64,000 nt of DNA. Source: a bacterium. GTDB taxonomy: Bacteria; JAHJDO01. Where the stretch lies: contig JBDRTG010000029.1 in assembly GCA_043824255.1 (NCBI GenBank), positions 9,538 through 73,537 on the forward strand, in the 5' to 3' direction. This document shows, one piece after another, positions 8,895 to 18,547 of this stretch. Under the pieces are notes generated by a model. The model did not search any database, was not told the origin of the DNA, and saw nothing but the letters and a program-made list of their open reading frames with translations. Position numbers and translations under genes: made by a program. Each line of letters starts with the position of its first letter. Position 1 is the first letter of the stretch.

Positions 8895-9719
8895 CTAACG
8901 CCCTAATTTGGCGTTTTGTGCCGTGTACGCCTTATAACAATCTATTGCCTTTTGTGTATGTCCTTGAAATTTATGCGAGAAAGCAAGGAATCTGAGTATG
9001 CCCGCTTTATCATATTCATCCATTTTAGCCTGTGATTTGAGAGCCTTCTCAAAATAGTATTGAGCTTTTTTATAATCCTTTAACTTTGAAAAATAGACTA
9101 TTCCCATTTCCTCAGATATTTGGTAGCTATCCGGATTATTTTTGATCCCCTCTGCCATAAATTTAATCGCTTCGTCTAATTTCCCAAGCCTGAATGCAAG
9201 CCAGTATCCTCCAACAGCGTACGCTCTCACATGATGGGGATTGAATATAGTTGCAAGCTTGAACCATGGCATAAGCTCATCCTCTCTTTTGCTGTGCAAA
9301 TGCTCTGTAATATTCGGCTTGAGATTGTATTCAAGCTTAGCAAATAATTTGTCTAACCTGTTATATTTTAATTTATGTCTGTGCTCAATTTCTTTGTGAT
9401 TATGTTCATGTTTGTGTTGTGTATGTCCTCCTATTATGCCTGCCTCTTCTAAAATATGGCAATGTCCGTGTTCCCTCACTCCCTTATGAAGATATTCGTC
9501 TGCTTTCAGCCATAACAAATCTGCAGAACCAGTAAAGACACCACCTAAAATTTTACTTACAATTTCTCCGCCAGGAATAGCAGAAACACTGCTAATCACA
9601 GCATAATGATGTGTTTGAAGAGGAATTTGAAGAAGGATAGCAATAAGAAGTAAAGCAAAGAGTTTAGATAAATCCGAAATCCGAAATTCGAAATCCGAAA
9701 CAAATTTGGAGTTTCTCAC
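8895..9719 (-). pseudogene. TPR protein with His-rich insert (PilG/XapA-like), C-terminus cut by the transposon IR; likely start GTG 9719
   Basis: N-terminal hydrophobic segment, ADLLWLKADEY, TPR helices; ends in IR-encoded AYTAQNAKLGR. Confidence 0.7.
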
Positions 9720-10516
9720 AACTGTCTTCTCTGAAACTTTAATGTACCTATTAGTAGAAAGATAGATATATAAACAAGAGCGTAGATCATCACTGTTATT
9801 ATTACCCATGCTGGTACTGGTGGCCACTGATGAACTATCTTTTTTGAGAGATCAAAATAATCGAGATGAGGCAGGATATAATTAATAGACTTGAGAATCC
9901 ATGCCAGGAATGCTCCGCACTTATCAAGTCCCGTTAGAGGTTCGCCTCTAAGCGGGACAAGCACATCTGAGATAGCTTTGCCAATCCAATGTCCCAGAAT
10001 AAAATAAAGGATAGAAACTGTAACATTTGCAGCATTTGTCATAAAAGCTGACAAACATATAACAATAGAGGATATGAGCATTAACTGAAGAATATGCAGG
10101 AATATCCCCTGGATTAAAATACCCGATACACTACTCCCTTTAGAAAACAGGAGAATAATAAATATTCCCTCAAAAACCAAAAAACAGAATATAGAAATAA
10201 TAGAGGTTCCAAGCCATTTTCCTATAATAAATTCAGATCTTTTTAGGGGTTTTGCCATTAATGGATAAATTGTGCGGCTGTTTAGCTCAGTAGGTACCTG
10301 TCTTGCTCCAACAACAACAGCAATAATTACAGTTATATAAGTAACGATAAGAAAGGATAATTCTATAAAATACTTTACTAACCCTGTTAGAGAGAAAAAA
10401 CTTGCCATTGCAACTATGGACATCATTGCAATAGATAGAATAAATAAAACATATATTTCTTTCTTTCTGATAGATTCCTCAATCACATTTTTCGCAATAA
10501 TCCAGGCAGCTCTCAT
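9716..10516 (-). CDS. ABC-2 type transporter permease (PilI-like)
   Basis: About 6 TM helices; E...RTIYPLMAKPLKRSEFIIGK motif. Confidence 0.88.
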   Translation of the reverse strand: MRAAWIIAKNVIEESIRKKEIYVLFILSIAMMSIVAMASFFSLTGLVKYFIELSFLIVTYITVIIAVVVGARQVPTELNSRTIYPLMAKPLKRSEFIIGKWLGTSIISIFCFLVFEGIFIILLFSKGSSVSGILIQGIFLHILQLMLISSIVICLSAFMTNAANVTVSILYFILGHWIGKAISDVLVPLRGEPLTGLDKCGAFLAWILKSINYILPHLDYFDLSKKIVHQWPPVPAWVIITVMIYALVYISIFLLIGTLKFQRRQL

Positions 10517-11259
10517 GCTCTTTTATCCTTTATCATCCGGATGAAAACATCTTCCAATACAGTTTGCTTTGTATCAATTTTACCAACAATTTGATCTAGC
10601 TTCTCAGTCTTTAGAATTTGTCCTCTGTCAATTATTCCTATTCTGTCACAAATCAGTTCTACTTCTGAAAGCTGATGTGAACTAAAAAATACGGTTTTAC
10701 CTCTATTCTTGAGTTCTAAGATAATATCGCGTATTTCTCTTTTACCAATTGGATCAAGACCCGAATTAGGTTCATCAAGTATCAGAACTTCAGGATCATT
10801 TATAATGGCTTGTGCAAATCCAAGACGCTGGCTCATGCCTTTTGACAGGTTTCGGATAGGAGTATTCTTTTTCTCTGCTAATCCAACAGTTGCTAGAACA
10901 GAATCGATTCTATTGTTTAAAATGGTTTTGTCTATACGAAATAATTTCCCGTACATTGTGAGAATCTTGAAAGGCGTAAGAAATGGATAATAATAAGCTA
11001 TCTCTGGTAAATATCCAATTCTAAACCTGTTTTTTAATGAAGAGGACTTTTCAGCGAATATAAGTGCTTCTCCATTAGTAGGATGCATAAAACCTAACAG
11101 GATATTGATAGTTGTTGTTTTTCCCGCGCCATTAGGTCCTATGAATCCAAATATTTCCCCCTTATAAGCAGACAGAGTTATACCTTTTAGGGCAACAGTT
11201 CTTTCTTTGCCTGTCCTGTACTCTGCATGAAGATTCCTTATTTCTATTATTGGTTCCAT
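10513..11259 (-). CDS. ABC transporter ATP-binding protein (PilH-like)
   Basis: GPNGAGKTT, LSKGMSQR, ILDEP. Confidence 0.92.
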   Translation of the reverse strand: MEPIIEIRNLHAEYRTGKERTVALKGITLSAYKGEIFGFIGPNGAGKTTTINILLGFMHPTNGEALIFAEKSSSLKNRFRIGYLPEIAYYYPFLTPFKILTMYGKLFRIDKTILNNRIDSVLATVGLAEKKNTPIRNLSKGMSQRLGFAQAIINDPEVLILDEPNSGLDPIGKREIRDIILELKNRGKTVFFSSHQLSEVELICDRIGIIDRGQILKTEKLDQIVGKIDTKQTVLEDVFIRMIKDKRA

Positions 11260-11341
11260 GGTTTTTTACTTTCGCCAAATCTGAATATAAACATACTGAA
11301 ATTTTAGAATATTGTCAATTATCCATTATTTTACTTATGTC

Positions 11342-11473
11342 AAGGACATTATCATATGCGTATTACACTGAGTTTACTCGACAATATTTTTTTAATAGGT
11401 TTTCCCTGACTCATCTCAAATTCTTTTTGTTTCCCCTGCTTTAAGCTACTTTTATATTCTGGAAAATCCTATA
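11342..11473 (+). repeat. About 130 bp dispersed repeat, copy 1
   Basis: Aligns by eye, with scattered substitutions, to the reverse complement of 39222-39352 (shared CCTGACTCATCTCAAATT and CTTTAAGCTACTTTT). Confidence 0.85.
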
Positions 11474-11555
11474 TTCACATAACATACCTTATCTTTTTCC
11501 CTAGAGAGTGGGTCTTGATGTTCCTGTTGATTCCCAAACTCCAGTCATTTAGAGC

Positions 11556-11592
11556 TTGATTTGTTTAGTAAAATATCCTACAATTATGTAGG
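11556..11592 (+). promoter_or_regulatory. Sigma70-like promoter overlapped by palindrome CCTACA-N4-TGTAGG
   Basis: TTGATT (11556-61), 17 bp spacer, TACAAT (11579-84); palindrome 11577-11592. Confidence 0.6.
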
Positions 11593-11613
11593 TATTGGAT
11601 AAAGAGAAAGACT

Positions 11614-13173
11614 ATGGAGACTAAAAGAAAACGTCCAGAAGTAAGGCGGAAGGTAAAAGAGTTATCCCTGCTCTTTGAAATCAGCCAGATACTTGATCGC
11701 AGCATGGATCTTAGAGATGTGGTGAATCCGGTGTTAAAATCTTTAGCTGAGCATATGGGAATGTCGCGAGGAACGCTTACTCTCTTAAATAGGGACACAG
11801 AGGAGATAGGCATAGAAGCTGCTTATGGGCTTTCAATAAGCCAAAAGGAAAAAGGTAGATACAAACTTGGTGAAGGAATTACAGGAAAAGTGGTACAAAC
11901 AGGAAGGCCTGCAGTAGTTCCGCGAATCTCTGAGAATCCACTATTTTTAAACAAGACTGGCGCTAGGAAATTGCTGCGTAAAAAGGATATTTCATTTATC
12001 TGTGTGCCGATTAAACTGGGCAATGAAGTAATAGGCGCGCTAAGCGCTGACCAGCTATTCAATAACACTATATCTTCTGAAGAGGATGTACGGCTCCTCT
12101 CTATTATTGCTTCAATGATTGCTCAAGCTGTTCGACTCAGGCAGTCTATTCAAGAAGAGCGTGAACGGTTAGTTGAAGAAAATCTCCGTCTTCAGAATGA
12201 GCTTAAGACCCGTTTTTGCCCCTCTAATATTATTGGAAGAGCAAAATCCATGCAATCGGTCTATGATCTTATTGCTCAGATATCAAACACAGATACCACT
12301 GTTTTAATCTGTGGGGAAAGCGGTACTGGCAAAGAGCTTGTTGCGCAGGCAATACACTATAACAGCCTTCGCGCTAATGAGCCGTTTATAAAGGTCAATT
12401 GTTCATCATTGCCTGAGACACTAATTGAAAGTGAACTGTTTGGGCATGAAAAGGGAGCATTTACCGGCGCAATCAGTATGAAAAAGGGAAGGTTTGAACT
12501 TGCAAACAACGGAAACATGTTCTTGGATGAAGTTGGAGACCTATCTCCTGCCATCCAAATAAAGCTTCTAAGAGTGCTTCAGGAAAAGGAATTTGAGCGG
12601 GTAGGTGGAACCAGACCTGTTAAAATCAATGTCCGAATTATTACAGCTACGAACAAAAACCTGGAACAATTAATTAAACAAGGCAAATTCAGAGAAGATC
12701 TCTATTATCGCTTAAATGTATTCCCTATCCATATACCGCCTCTGAGAGAGCGCAAAACAGATATCATACTTCTGTCAAACTTTTTTGCAGAAAAATACAG
12801 TAAAATTCACAATAAACCAATAGAACGCATATCACCACAGGCACTTGATATGCTTGTAAATTATAGATGGCCCGGCAATGTAAGAGAGCTTGAAAATTAC
12901 ATTGAACGTGCGGTTTTACTCAGCAGGGATGAGGTAATTCACGTGTATCATCTGCCACCCAGTCTTCAGCCATACAAACTCAATGCAAAGGAGAATAGCA
13001 CGTTGCAGGCTATTCTAGACAATGTGGAAAGAGAGCTGATACTAGATACACTTCACAGTACAAGAGGAAATATGGCGAAGTCTTCCCGCATGCTTGGAAT
13101 TACTGAAAGGCTCATGGGACTCAGGGTAAGAAAACACGCAATTGATATCAAACAATTTCGTTTCCATTCATAA
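11614..13173 (+). CDS. NifA-like sigma54 enhancer-binding protein (GAF-AAA+-HTH)
   Basis: GAF (YKLGEGITGKV, FICVPI), GESGTGKE, GAFTGA, WPGNVRELEN, C-terminal HTH. Confidence 0.92.
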   Translation: METKRKRPEVRRKVKELSLLFEISQILDRSMDLRDVVNPVLKSLAEHMGMSRGTLTLLNRDTEEIGIEAAYGLSISQKEKGRYKLGEGITGKVVQTGRPAVVPRISENPLFLNKTGARKLLRKKDISFICVPIKLGNEVIGALSADQLFNNTISSEEDVRLLSIIASMIAQAVRLRQSIQEERERLVEENLRLQNELKTRFCPSNIIGRAKSMQSVYDLIAQISNTDTTVLICGESGTGKELVAQAIHYNSLRANEPFIKVNCSSLPETLIESELFGHEKGAFTGAISMKKGRFELANNGNMFLDEVGDLSPAIQIKLLRVLQEKEFERVGGTRPVKINVRIITATNKNLEQLIKQGKFREDLYYRLNVFPIHIPPLRERKTDIILLSNFFAEKYSKIHNKPIERISPQALDMLVNYRWPGNVRELENYIERAVLLSRDEVIHVYHLPPSLQPYKLNAKENSTLQAILDNVERELILDTLHSTRGNMAKSSRMLGITERLMGLRVRKHAIDIKQFRFHS

Positions 13174-13196
13174 GCTTTAATATCTCCCATTCAAAT

Positions 13197-13242
13197 CCTA
13201 CCAATGTGTATGACACTCAATAAAAAGATACAATATCGTAGG
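13197..13242. promoter_or_regulatory. Two candidate upstream activator sequences
   Basis: CCTACC-AATG-TGTATG (13197-13212) and GATACA-ATAT-CGTAGG (13227-13242) resemble the palindrome at 11577-11592. Confidence 0.6.
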
Positions 13243-13372
13243 ATATTGCAATGCGACTTTTTTAATATCTAATTAGATATATGATTTCAGATCCTGCAAC
13301 TTAAAATTCTTTATATCATTATCACTATCCTGCGGTATGTAATGCAAACATTTAATTCATTCTTCTTAAGAC

Positions 13373-13389
13373 TTGGCATACTATTTGCT
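13373..13389 (+). promoter_or_regulatory. Sigma54 (-24/-12) promoter of the glnA operon
   Basis: TTGGCATACTATTTGCT with exact GG-N10-GC spacing; RBS AAGGAGG downstream. Confidence 0.85.
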
Positions 13390-13431
13390 TTTAAACAATG
13401 ATAAAGACAAACCAATAAGGAGGTATAAAAC

Positions 13432-14763
13432 ATGGCTAAAAAGACTAAAGAAGATGTGCTAAAAATTGTTAAGGATCAGGATGTAAAGTTTATCAGGTTA
13501 TGGTTTACCGATATTCTGGGGCAGGTAAAGAGCTTTGCGATTACTGACAGTGAGTTGAAAGGCGCATTAGAAAAGGGTATGGGCTTTGATGGTTCATCTA
13601 TTACCGGTTATCAGGATATTGAGGAATCAGACATGATCGCTATGCCTGACCCTGATACATTTGTTATTCTTCCATGGAGACCTGAGGAGAAGAAGGTTGC
13701 AAGAATGATCTGTGATGTACTTAATCCTGATAGAACTTCTTATGAAGGGGATCCGCGCTATGTGTTGAAGAAAGCTCTTGCGAGAGCGGATAAGATGGGA
13801 TTTGATCACTTCTATTTAGGCCCTGAGCTCGAATATTTCTATTTTAAGAATGATCAGGGTACGGAGATACTTGATAAAGGAGGCTATTTTGATCTTACTA
13901 CTCTTGATGTTGCAAGCGACCTAAGACGGGAAACGGTTCTTGCTCTGGAAAAAATGGGTATGCGCATAGAATATTCTCATCATGAAGTTGCCCCGTCGCA
14001 GCACGAGATAGATATGAAGTATGCCGATGCTCTGAAAATGGCTGATGATGTATTAACATATAGAATTGTAGTTAAGGAGATTGCCAGCAAGTTTGGAGTA
14101 TACGCTACATTTATGCCAAAGCCAATATTCGGTGAAAACGGCTCTGGGATGCATACTCACCAGTCATTGTTTAAAGGAAATAGAAACGCTTTCTTTGATC
14201 CAAAGACAGAGGACAATCTTTCAAAGACTGCTCATAGCTATATTGCAGGTCTCCTGAGACACTCAAAAGAGATATGTTCAATATTCGCTCAAACAACTAA
14301 CTCCTATAAGAGATTAGTTCCAGGTTATGAAGCGCCTGTTTATATAGCGTGGAGCAGAAGGAACAGAAGCGCTCTTGTACGAGTGCCGCTTTATCATCCG
14401 GGGGATGAAAACGCAACACGCTGTGAGTTTAGAGCGTGCGACCCTGTATGTAATCCGTATCTCACCTTTGCTGCAATGCTTCAAGCTGGTTTGGACGGTA
14501 TAGAGAAAGGATACAAAGTACCTAAGCCTATGGAACAGAATCTATATCATCTCACAGATTCTGAGAGGAAAGAAAAAGGCATAGAGACTTTGCCGGATAA
14601 CCTTGGATATGCTGTAGCTATAACAGAAGAAAGCGAGCTTGTAAAAAGAACTCTTGGAGATCATATATTCCAAAGGTTTATTGAGCTTAAGAAAAAAGAG
14701 TGGGATAATTACAGGATACAGGTTTCTCAGTATGAACTTGATAAATATCTCTCTATAACTTAA
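13432..14763 (+). CDS. glnA: Glutamine synthetase type I
   Basis: FDGSS, HHEVAPSQHE, ATFMPKP..GENGSGMH, NSYKRLVPGYEAP. Confidence 0.97.
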   Translation: MAKKTKEDVLKIVKDQDVKFIRLWFTDILGQVKSFAITDSELKGALEKGMGFDGSSITGYQDIEESDMIAMPDPDTFVILPWRPEEKKVARMICDVLNPDRTSYEGDPRYVLKKALARADKMGFDHFYLGPELEYFYFKNDQGTEILDKGGYFDLTTLDVASDLRRETVLALEKMGMRIEYSHHEVAPSQHEIDMKYADALKMADDVLTYRIVVKEIASKFGVYATFMPKPIFGENGSGMHTHQSLFKGNRNAFFDPKTEDNLSKTAHSYIAGLLRHSKEICSIFAQTTNSYKRLVPGYEAPVYIAWSRRNRSALVRVPLYHPGDENATRCEFRACDPVCNPYLTFAAMLQAGLDGIEKGYKVPKPMEQNLYHLTDSERKEKGIETLPDNLGYAVAITEESELVKRTLGDHIFQRFIELKKKEWDNYRIQVSQYELDKYLSIT

Positions 14764-14785
14764 GCCTGAGACGGCAAGGAGAAAC

Positions 14786-15520
14786 ATGGAAAGCGCAGTG
14801 TCAAAAAGGATAGTTTTGTGGCTTAGGAAAAAGGTGGAAGAAGCAAGAGCAAAAGGGCTGGTCTTCGGTCTTAGCGGGGGGATAGATTCTGCTTGTGTAG
14901 GAGTACTCTCCAAAATGGCTTTTGAGGATGATTGCATTGGATTGATAATGCCATGTGAAAGCCATATAGAAGACGAGAAAATGGCATTGCTGGTTGCAAA
15001 CAAGTTCTCAATTCCTACAAAAAAGATATCTCTGGATGAATCGTTTAGGGAACTTTTAAAAATTTTGCCTCATTCGGGCAATCATATCTCCATAGCAAAT
15101 ATAAAGCCGAGGCTCCGAATGCTTACACTGTATTATTTCGCAAGCAATTATAACTACCTTGTCGCAGGAACAGACAATAAAACAGAGGCAATGTTAGGTT
15201 ATTACACCAAATATGGAGACGGCGGAGTAGATATTCTTCCTATCGGAAACCTGTTTAAGAGTCAGGTGAGAGAACTGGCTCGTGAGTTGGATATACCACG
15301 AGAGATTATAGAACGAAAGCCCTCTGCAGGATTGTGGCCGGGTCAGTCCGATGAAGACGAAATAGGACTTTCATATGATGAGATGGATACTATTCTAAAA
15401 GCAACAGAAACTAATAATACAGATGATATGGACAAAACAAAGCTGGATAAAATAAAGGGAATAATATCTAAGTCACAGCATAAACGTGACGCTATTCCTG
15501 TATTTAAGCAGGGTGAATAA
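14786..15520 (+). CDS. nadE: NH3-dependent NAD+ synthetase
   Basis: GLSGGIDS, NIKPRLRM, TKYGDGG, PSAGLW; no glutaminase domain. Confidence 0.95.
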   Translation: MESAVSKRIVLWLRKKVEEARAKGLVFGLSGGIDSACVGVLSKMAFEDDCIGLIMPCESHIEDEKMALLVANKFSIPTKKISLDESFRELLKILPHSGNHISIANIKPRLRMLTLYYFASNYNYLVAGTDNKTEAMLGYYTKYGDGGVDILPIGNLFKSQVRELARELDIPREIIERKPSAGLWPGQSDEDEIGLSYDEMDTILKATETNNTDDMDKTKLDKIKGIISKSQHKRDAIPVFKQGE

Positions 15521-16608
15521 TGCGGAATAGTAATCAAGAGAAGTTAATCAGCGGATGCAGCGTTGCTGGCATTATGAACGAATCCGGCAGGAAAATAAGC
15601 GGAGAAGCTATTATCCGTTCCATTGCTGTAATGAGAGAGAGAGCAAATGGCCTTGGAGGCGGATTTTCAGCTTACGGAATCTATCCTGAGTTAAAAGACT
15701 ATTTTGTGTTTCATATGATGTATGACGACAAAAAGGCAATGACTGATGCAGAAGAGTATTTAAAAACTAGTTATAAAGTAATTAAGAGTGAGGCAATTCC
15801 TACAATAGAAGATAGGTCAATAAAGAACAGACCTCTTTTATGGCGTTATTTTATTGAGTTAAAAGACAAAGCAAGGAACTTGTATTATGACTTAACAGAG
15901 AAAGATATAGTTGTTAATGATGTTATGAAGATTAATGTGGAAATTGAAGGCGCATTTGTAGCATCCAGCGGAAAGAATATGGGAATATTTAAAGGTATAG
16001 GCTATCCTGAGGATATAGGCAGGTATTATAAGCTTGAAGAATATAATGCGTATATCTGGATTGCGCATGGAAGGTTTCCAACTAATTCCGTGGGATGGTG
16101 GGGAGGAGCTCATCCTTTTGGTCTGTTAAACTGGTCGGTTGTTCATAATGGAGAAATCTCTTCATATGGAATAAACAAGAGATATCTTGAAAATTTCGGA
16201 TATAGATGCTCACTGTTTACAGACACAGAGGTTATATTGTATTTATTCGACCTTTTGGTACGCAAGCATGGATTGCCGTTTGATATAGCTTGCAAGATTG
16301 TTGACGCGCCGTTGTGGGAGGAGATAGATAGAAATAAGAACGATGATGAAAGAGAATTATTAAAAACACTGCGCATAATATACTCAAGCGCGCTTATTAA
16401 TGGTCCTTTTTCAATAATTATCTCAGATGGCAACATAATGATGGGGCTTAATGATAGGATCAAACTGCGTCCTCTTGTATCCTTAAAAGACGGCGATACC
16501 ATTTATATGGCAACAGAAGAATCTGCTATTAGAGAGATATGTAAGAGTAAAAAAGAAATATATCATTTAAAATCCAGAGAACCTGTTATTGGGAAATTAA
16601 AAAGCTAA
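15520..16608 (+). CDS. Split glutamate synthase, class II glutamine amidotransferase subunit
   Basis: N-terminal Cys after a short propeptide, ERANGLGGG, AHGRFPTN, VHNGEI, DRIKLRP. Confidence 0.88.
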   Translation: MRNSNQEKLISGCSVAGIMNESGRKISGEAIIRSIAVMRERANGLGGGFSAYGIYPELKDYFVFHMMYDDKKAMTDAEEYLKTSYKVIKSEAIPTIEDRSIKNRPLLWRYFIELKDKARNLYYDLTEKDIVVNDVMKINVEIEGAFVASSGKNMGIFKGIGYPEDIGRYYKLEEYNAYIWIAHGRFPTNSVGWWGGAHPFGLLNWSVVHNGEISSYGINKRYLENFGYRCSLFTDTEVILYLFDLLVRKHGLPFDIACKIVDAPLWEEIDRNKNDDERELLKTLRIIYSSALINGPFSIIISDGNIMMGLNDRIKLRPLVSLKDGDTIYMATEESAIREICKSKKEIYHLKSREPVIGKLKS

Positions 16609-16609
16609 C

Positions 16610-18103
16610 ATGGCTAAAAGACCAACTCCAACAGAATTTATTGTAGAAAGAGACAGTGACAAATGCATTGCCTGTCAGGTCTGTGTAAGAATGTGTTCAA
16701 ATGATGTTCATACATACGATGCAGATACAAATACTGTTACCAGCGATAATTCTAAGTGTGTAGGATGTCATTTTTGCGAGACTTTATGTCCGACAAACGC
16801 AATAACAATAAAGAAAAACGAATCCTGTTTTAAGCCAAATGCTAACTGGTCTGCATCTGTAATCTCTGACATAACAAAGCAGGCTGAAACGGGCGGTGTA
16901 ATATTAACAGGTATGGGCTGCGATAAGCCATACACAATATACTGGGACCACATTCTTCTTAATGCTGCGCAGGTTACAAATCCGTCTATTGATCCTTTGA
17001 GAGAGCCTATGGAACTAAGAAGATATATAGGAGGGAAGCCTGACAAATTCAAAATTGAGACAGAGTTGCCTCCTCAACTGAAATTAGAAGTACCTATTAT
17101 GTTTAGCGCTATGTCTTATGGCTCCATAAGTCTTAATACATGCATCTCGCTTGCAAAAGCATCGCATGAACTTGGAATCTTTTACAATACAGGCGAGGGA
17201 GGGCTTCATAAGAGCCTCTATAAATACGGCAAAAATACAGTTATTCAGATTGCTTCCGGAAGGTTTGGAGTACATCCTGATTATCTTAAAGCTGGTGCTG
17301 CTATAGAAATTAAAATAGGTCAGGGTGCAAAGCCGGGAATAGGCGGGCATCTTCCCGGAGAAAAAGTCAGTGAGGAAATAAGCAAAACCAGAATGATTCC
17401 CGAAGGCACAGATGCAATATCTCCGGCACCGCATCATGACATATATTCCATAGAGGATTTAAGACAATTGATCTATGCATTAAAAGAGGCTACTGATTAC
17501 GAAAAACCTGTTGGAGTTAAGATTGCAGCTGTGCATAATATTGTGCCGATTGCATCAGGCATAGTTCGCGCAGGAGCCGATTATATCGCAATTGACGGAA
17601 TGAGGGGAGGAACCGGCGCAGCGCCTAAAGTTATCAGGGATAATGTCGGTATTCCAATAGAATTTGCTATCGCAGCAGTTGATACGCGTTTGAGAGAAGA
17701 GGGAATCAGAACCAATGTTTCTCTTATTGCAGCCGGAGGATTCCGCTCGAGTGGAGACGTTATTAAGGCAATAGCTCTTGGAGCAGATGCTGTTTATATT
17801 GCAACGTCCGCTTTAATAGCTTTGGGATGCAGCCAGTGTCAGAAATGTTATACAGGTAAGTGTAATTGGGGTATAGCCACTCAGGATCCTTATCTTACAA
17901 AAAGATTGAATCCTGAAATAGGCGTACAAAGATTGAAAAACCTGATAAGGGCATGGTCGCTTGAAATAAAAGATATGCTTGGAGGCATGGGGATTAATTC
18001 AATTGATTCATTATGCGGAAACAGAACACATTTAAGAGGCATCGGGCTTTCGGATAGAGAGCTTAAAATATTAGGAATAAAATCTGCGGGGGAACCTCAA
18101 TAA
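16610..18103 (+). CDS. Split glutamate synthase, FMN-binding subunit with N-terminal 2x[4Fe-4S]
   Basis: Two CxxCxxC motifs, MSYGS, NTGEGG, IKIGQGAKPGIGGHLPG, ISPAPHHDIYSIEDL. Confidence 0.93.
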   Translation: MAKRPTPTEFIVERDSDKCIACQVCVRMCSNDVHTYDADTNTVTSDNSKCVGCHFCETLCPTNAITIKKNESCFKPNANWSASVISDITKQAETGGVILTGMGCDKPYTIYWDHILLNAAQVTNPSIDPLREPMELRRYIGGKPDKFKIETELPPQLKLEVPIMFSAMSYGSISLNTCISLAKASHELGIFYNTGEGGLHKSLYKYGKNTVIQIASGRFGVHPDYLKAGAAIEIKIGQGAKPGIGGHLPGEKVSEEISKTRMIPEGTDAISPAPHHDIYSIEDLRQLIYALKEATDYEKPVGVKIAAVHNIVPIASGIVRAGADYIAIDGMRGGTGAAPKVIRDNVGIPIEFAIAAVDTRLREEGIRTNVSLIAAGGFRSSGDVIKAIALGADAVYIATSALIALGCSQCQKCYTGKCNWGIATQDPYLTKRLNPEIGVQRLKNLIRAWSLEIKDMLGGMGINSIDSLCGNRTHLRGIGLSDRELKILGIKSAGEPQ

Positions 18104-18547
18104 ATGAAAAGAATACGTATTGATGATAAACATTGTATGGGATGCAGGTTATGTGAAGTACACTGTATTGTGCAGCATTCAAAGACAAAAAATATTCTAA
18201 AAACATATACGGGAGAATATCCAAAACCTGCGTCAAGAATTCTTTTGGAGAAGAAAGGTTACGTCACATTTGCTCTCCAATGCAGACACTGTGAGGATGC
18301 GCCATGTCTGGATGCATGTATGAGCGGAGCAATGTATCGGGATAAAGAAACAGGAGCTGTCTTATGCGATGAGGATAAGTGCGTTGGCTGCTGGATGTGT
18401 ATAATGGTTTGTCCTTTTGGTGTTATAGATAGAAGTTCAGACAGGAAGATAGCTTCCAAATGTGATTTGTGTATGGGAGAAGATATGCCTGTATGCGTTA
18501 AAAACTGTCCAAATGAGGCATTAAAATATGAAGACCTTAAAGACTAA
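18104..18547 (+). CDS. 4Fe-4S dicluster protein (probable electron-transfer partner of glutamate synthase)
   Basis: CMGCRLCEVHC, CRHCEDAPC, CVGCWMCIMVCPFG, KCDLC. Confidence 0.88.
   Translation: MKRIRIDDKHCMGCRLCEVHCIVQHSKTKNILKTYTGEYPKPASRILLEKKGYVTFALQCRHCEDAPCLDACMSGAMYRDKETGAVLCDEDKCVGCWMCIMVCPFGVIDRSSDRKIASKCDLCMGEDMPVCVKNCPNEALKYEDLKD

Larger units (their letters stand above)
4045..8931 (+). mobile_element. Tn3-family transposon (4887 bp): tyrosine-recombinase-like gene, transposase and serine resolvase
   Basis: Perfect 53 bp IRs at 4045-4097 and 8879-8931 (GGCGTACACGGCACAAAACGCCAAATTAGGGCGTTAGCGTCCTGCACGCATAA); flanks GGAGT and TTATA give no TSD. Confidence 0.92.

Noticed and set aside
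11250..11444. 64 aa ORF overlapping the 130 bp repeat
   Set aside because: No RBS or motif; the similar peptide in the second copy is explained by the DNA repeat itself.
11614..13173. Nitrogen fixation cluster implied by the NifA-like gene
   Set aside because: No nifHDK or other nif genes in the window; the adjacent target is glnA.
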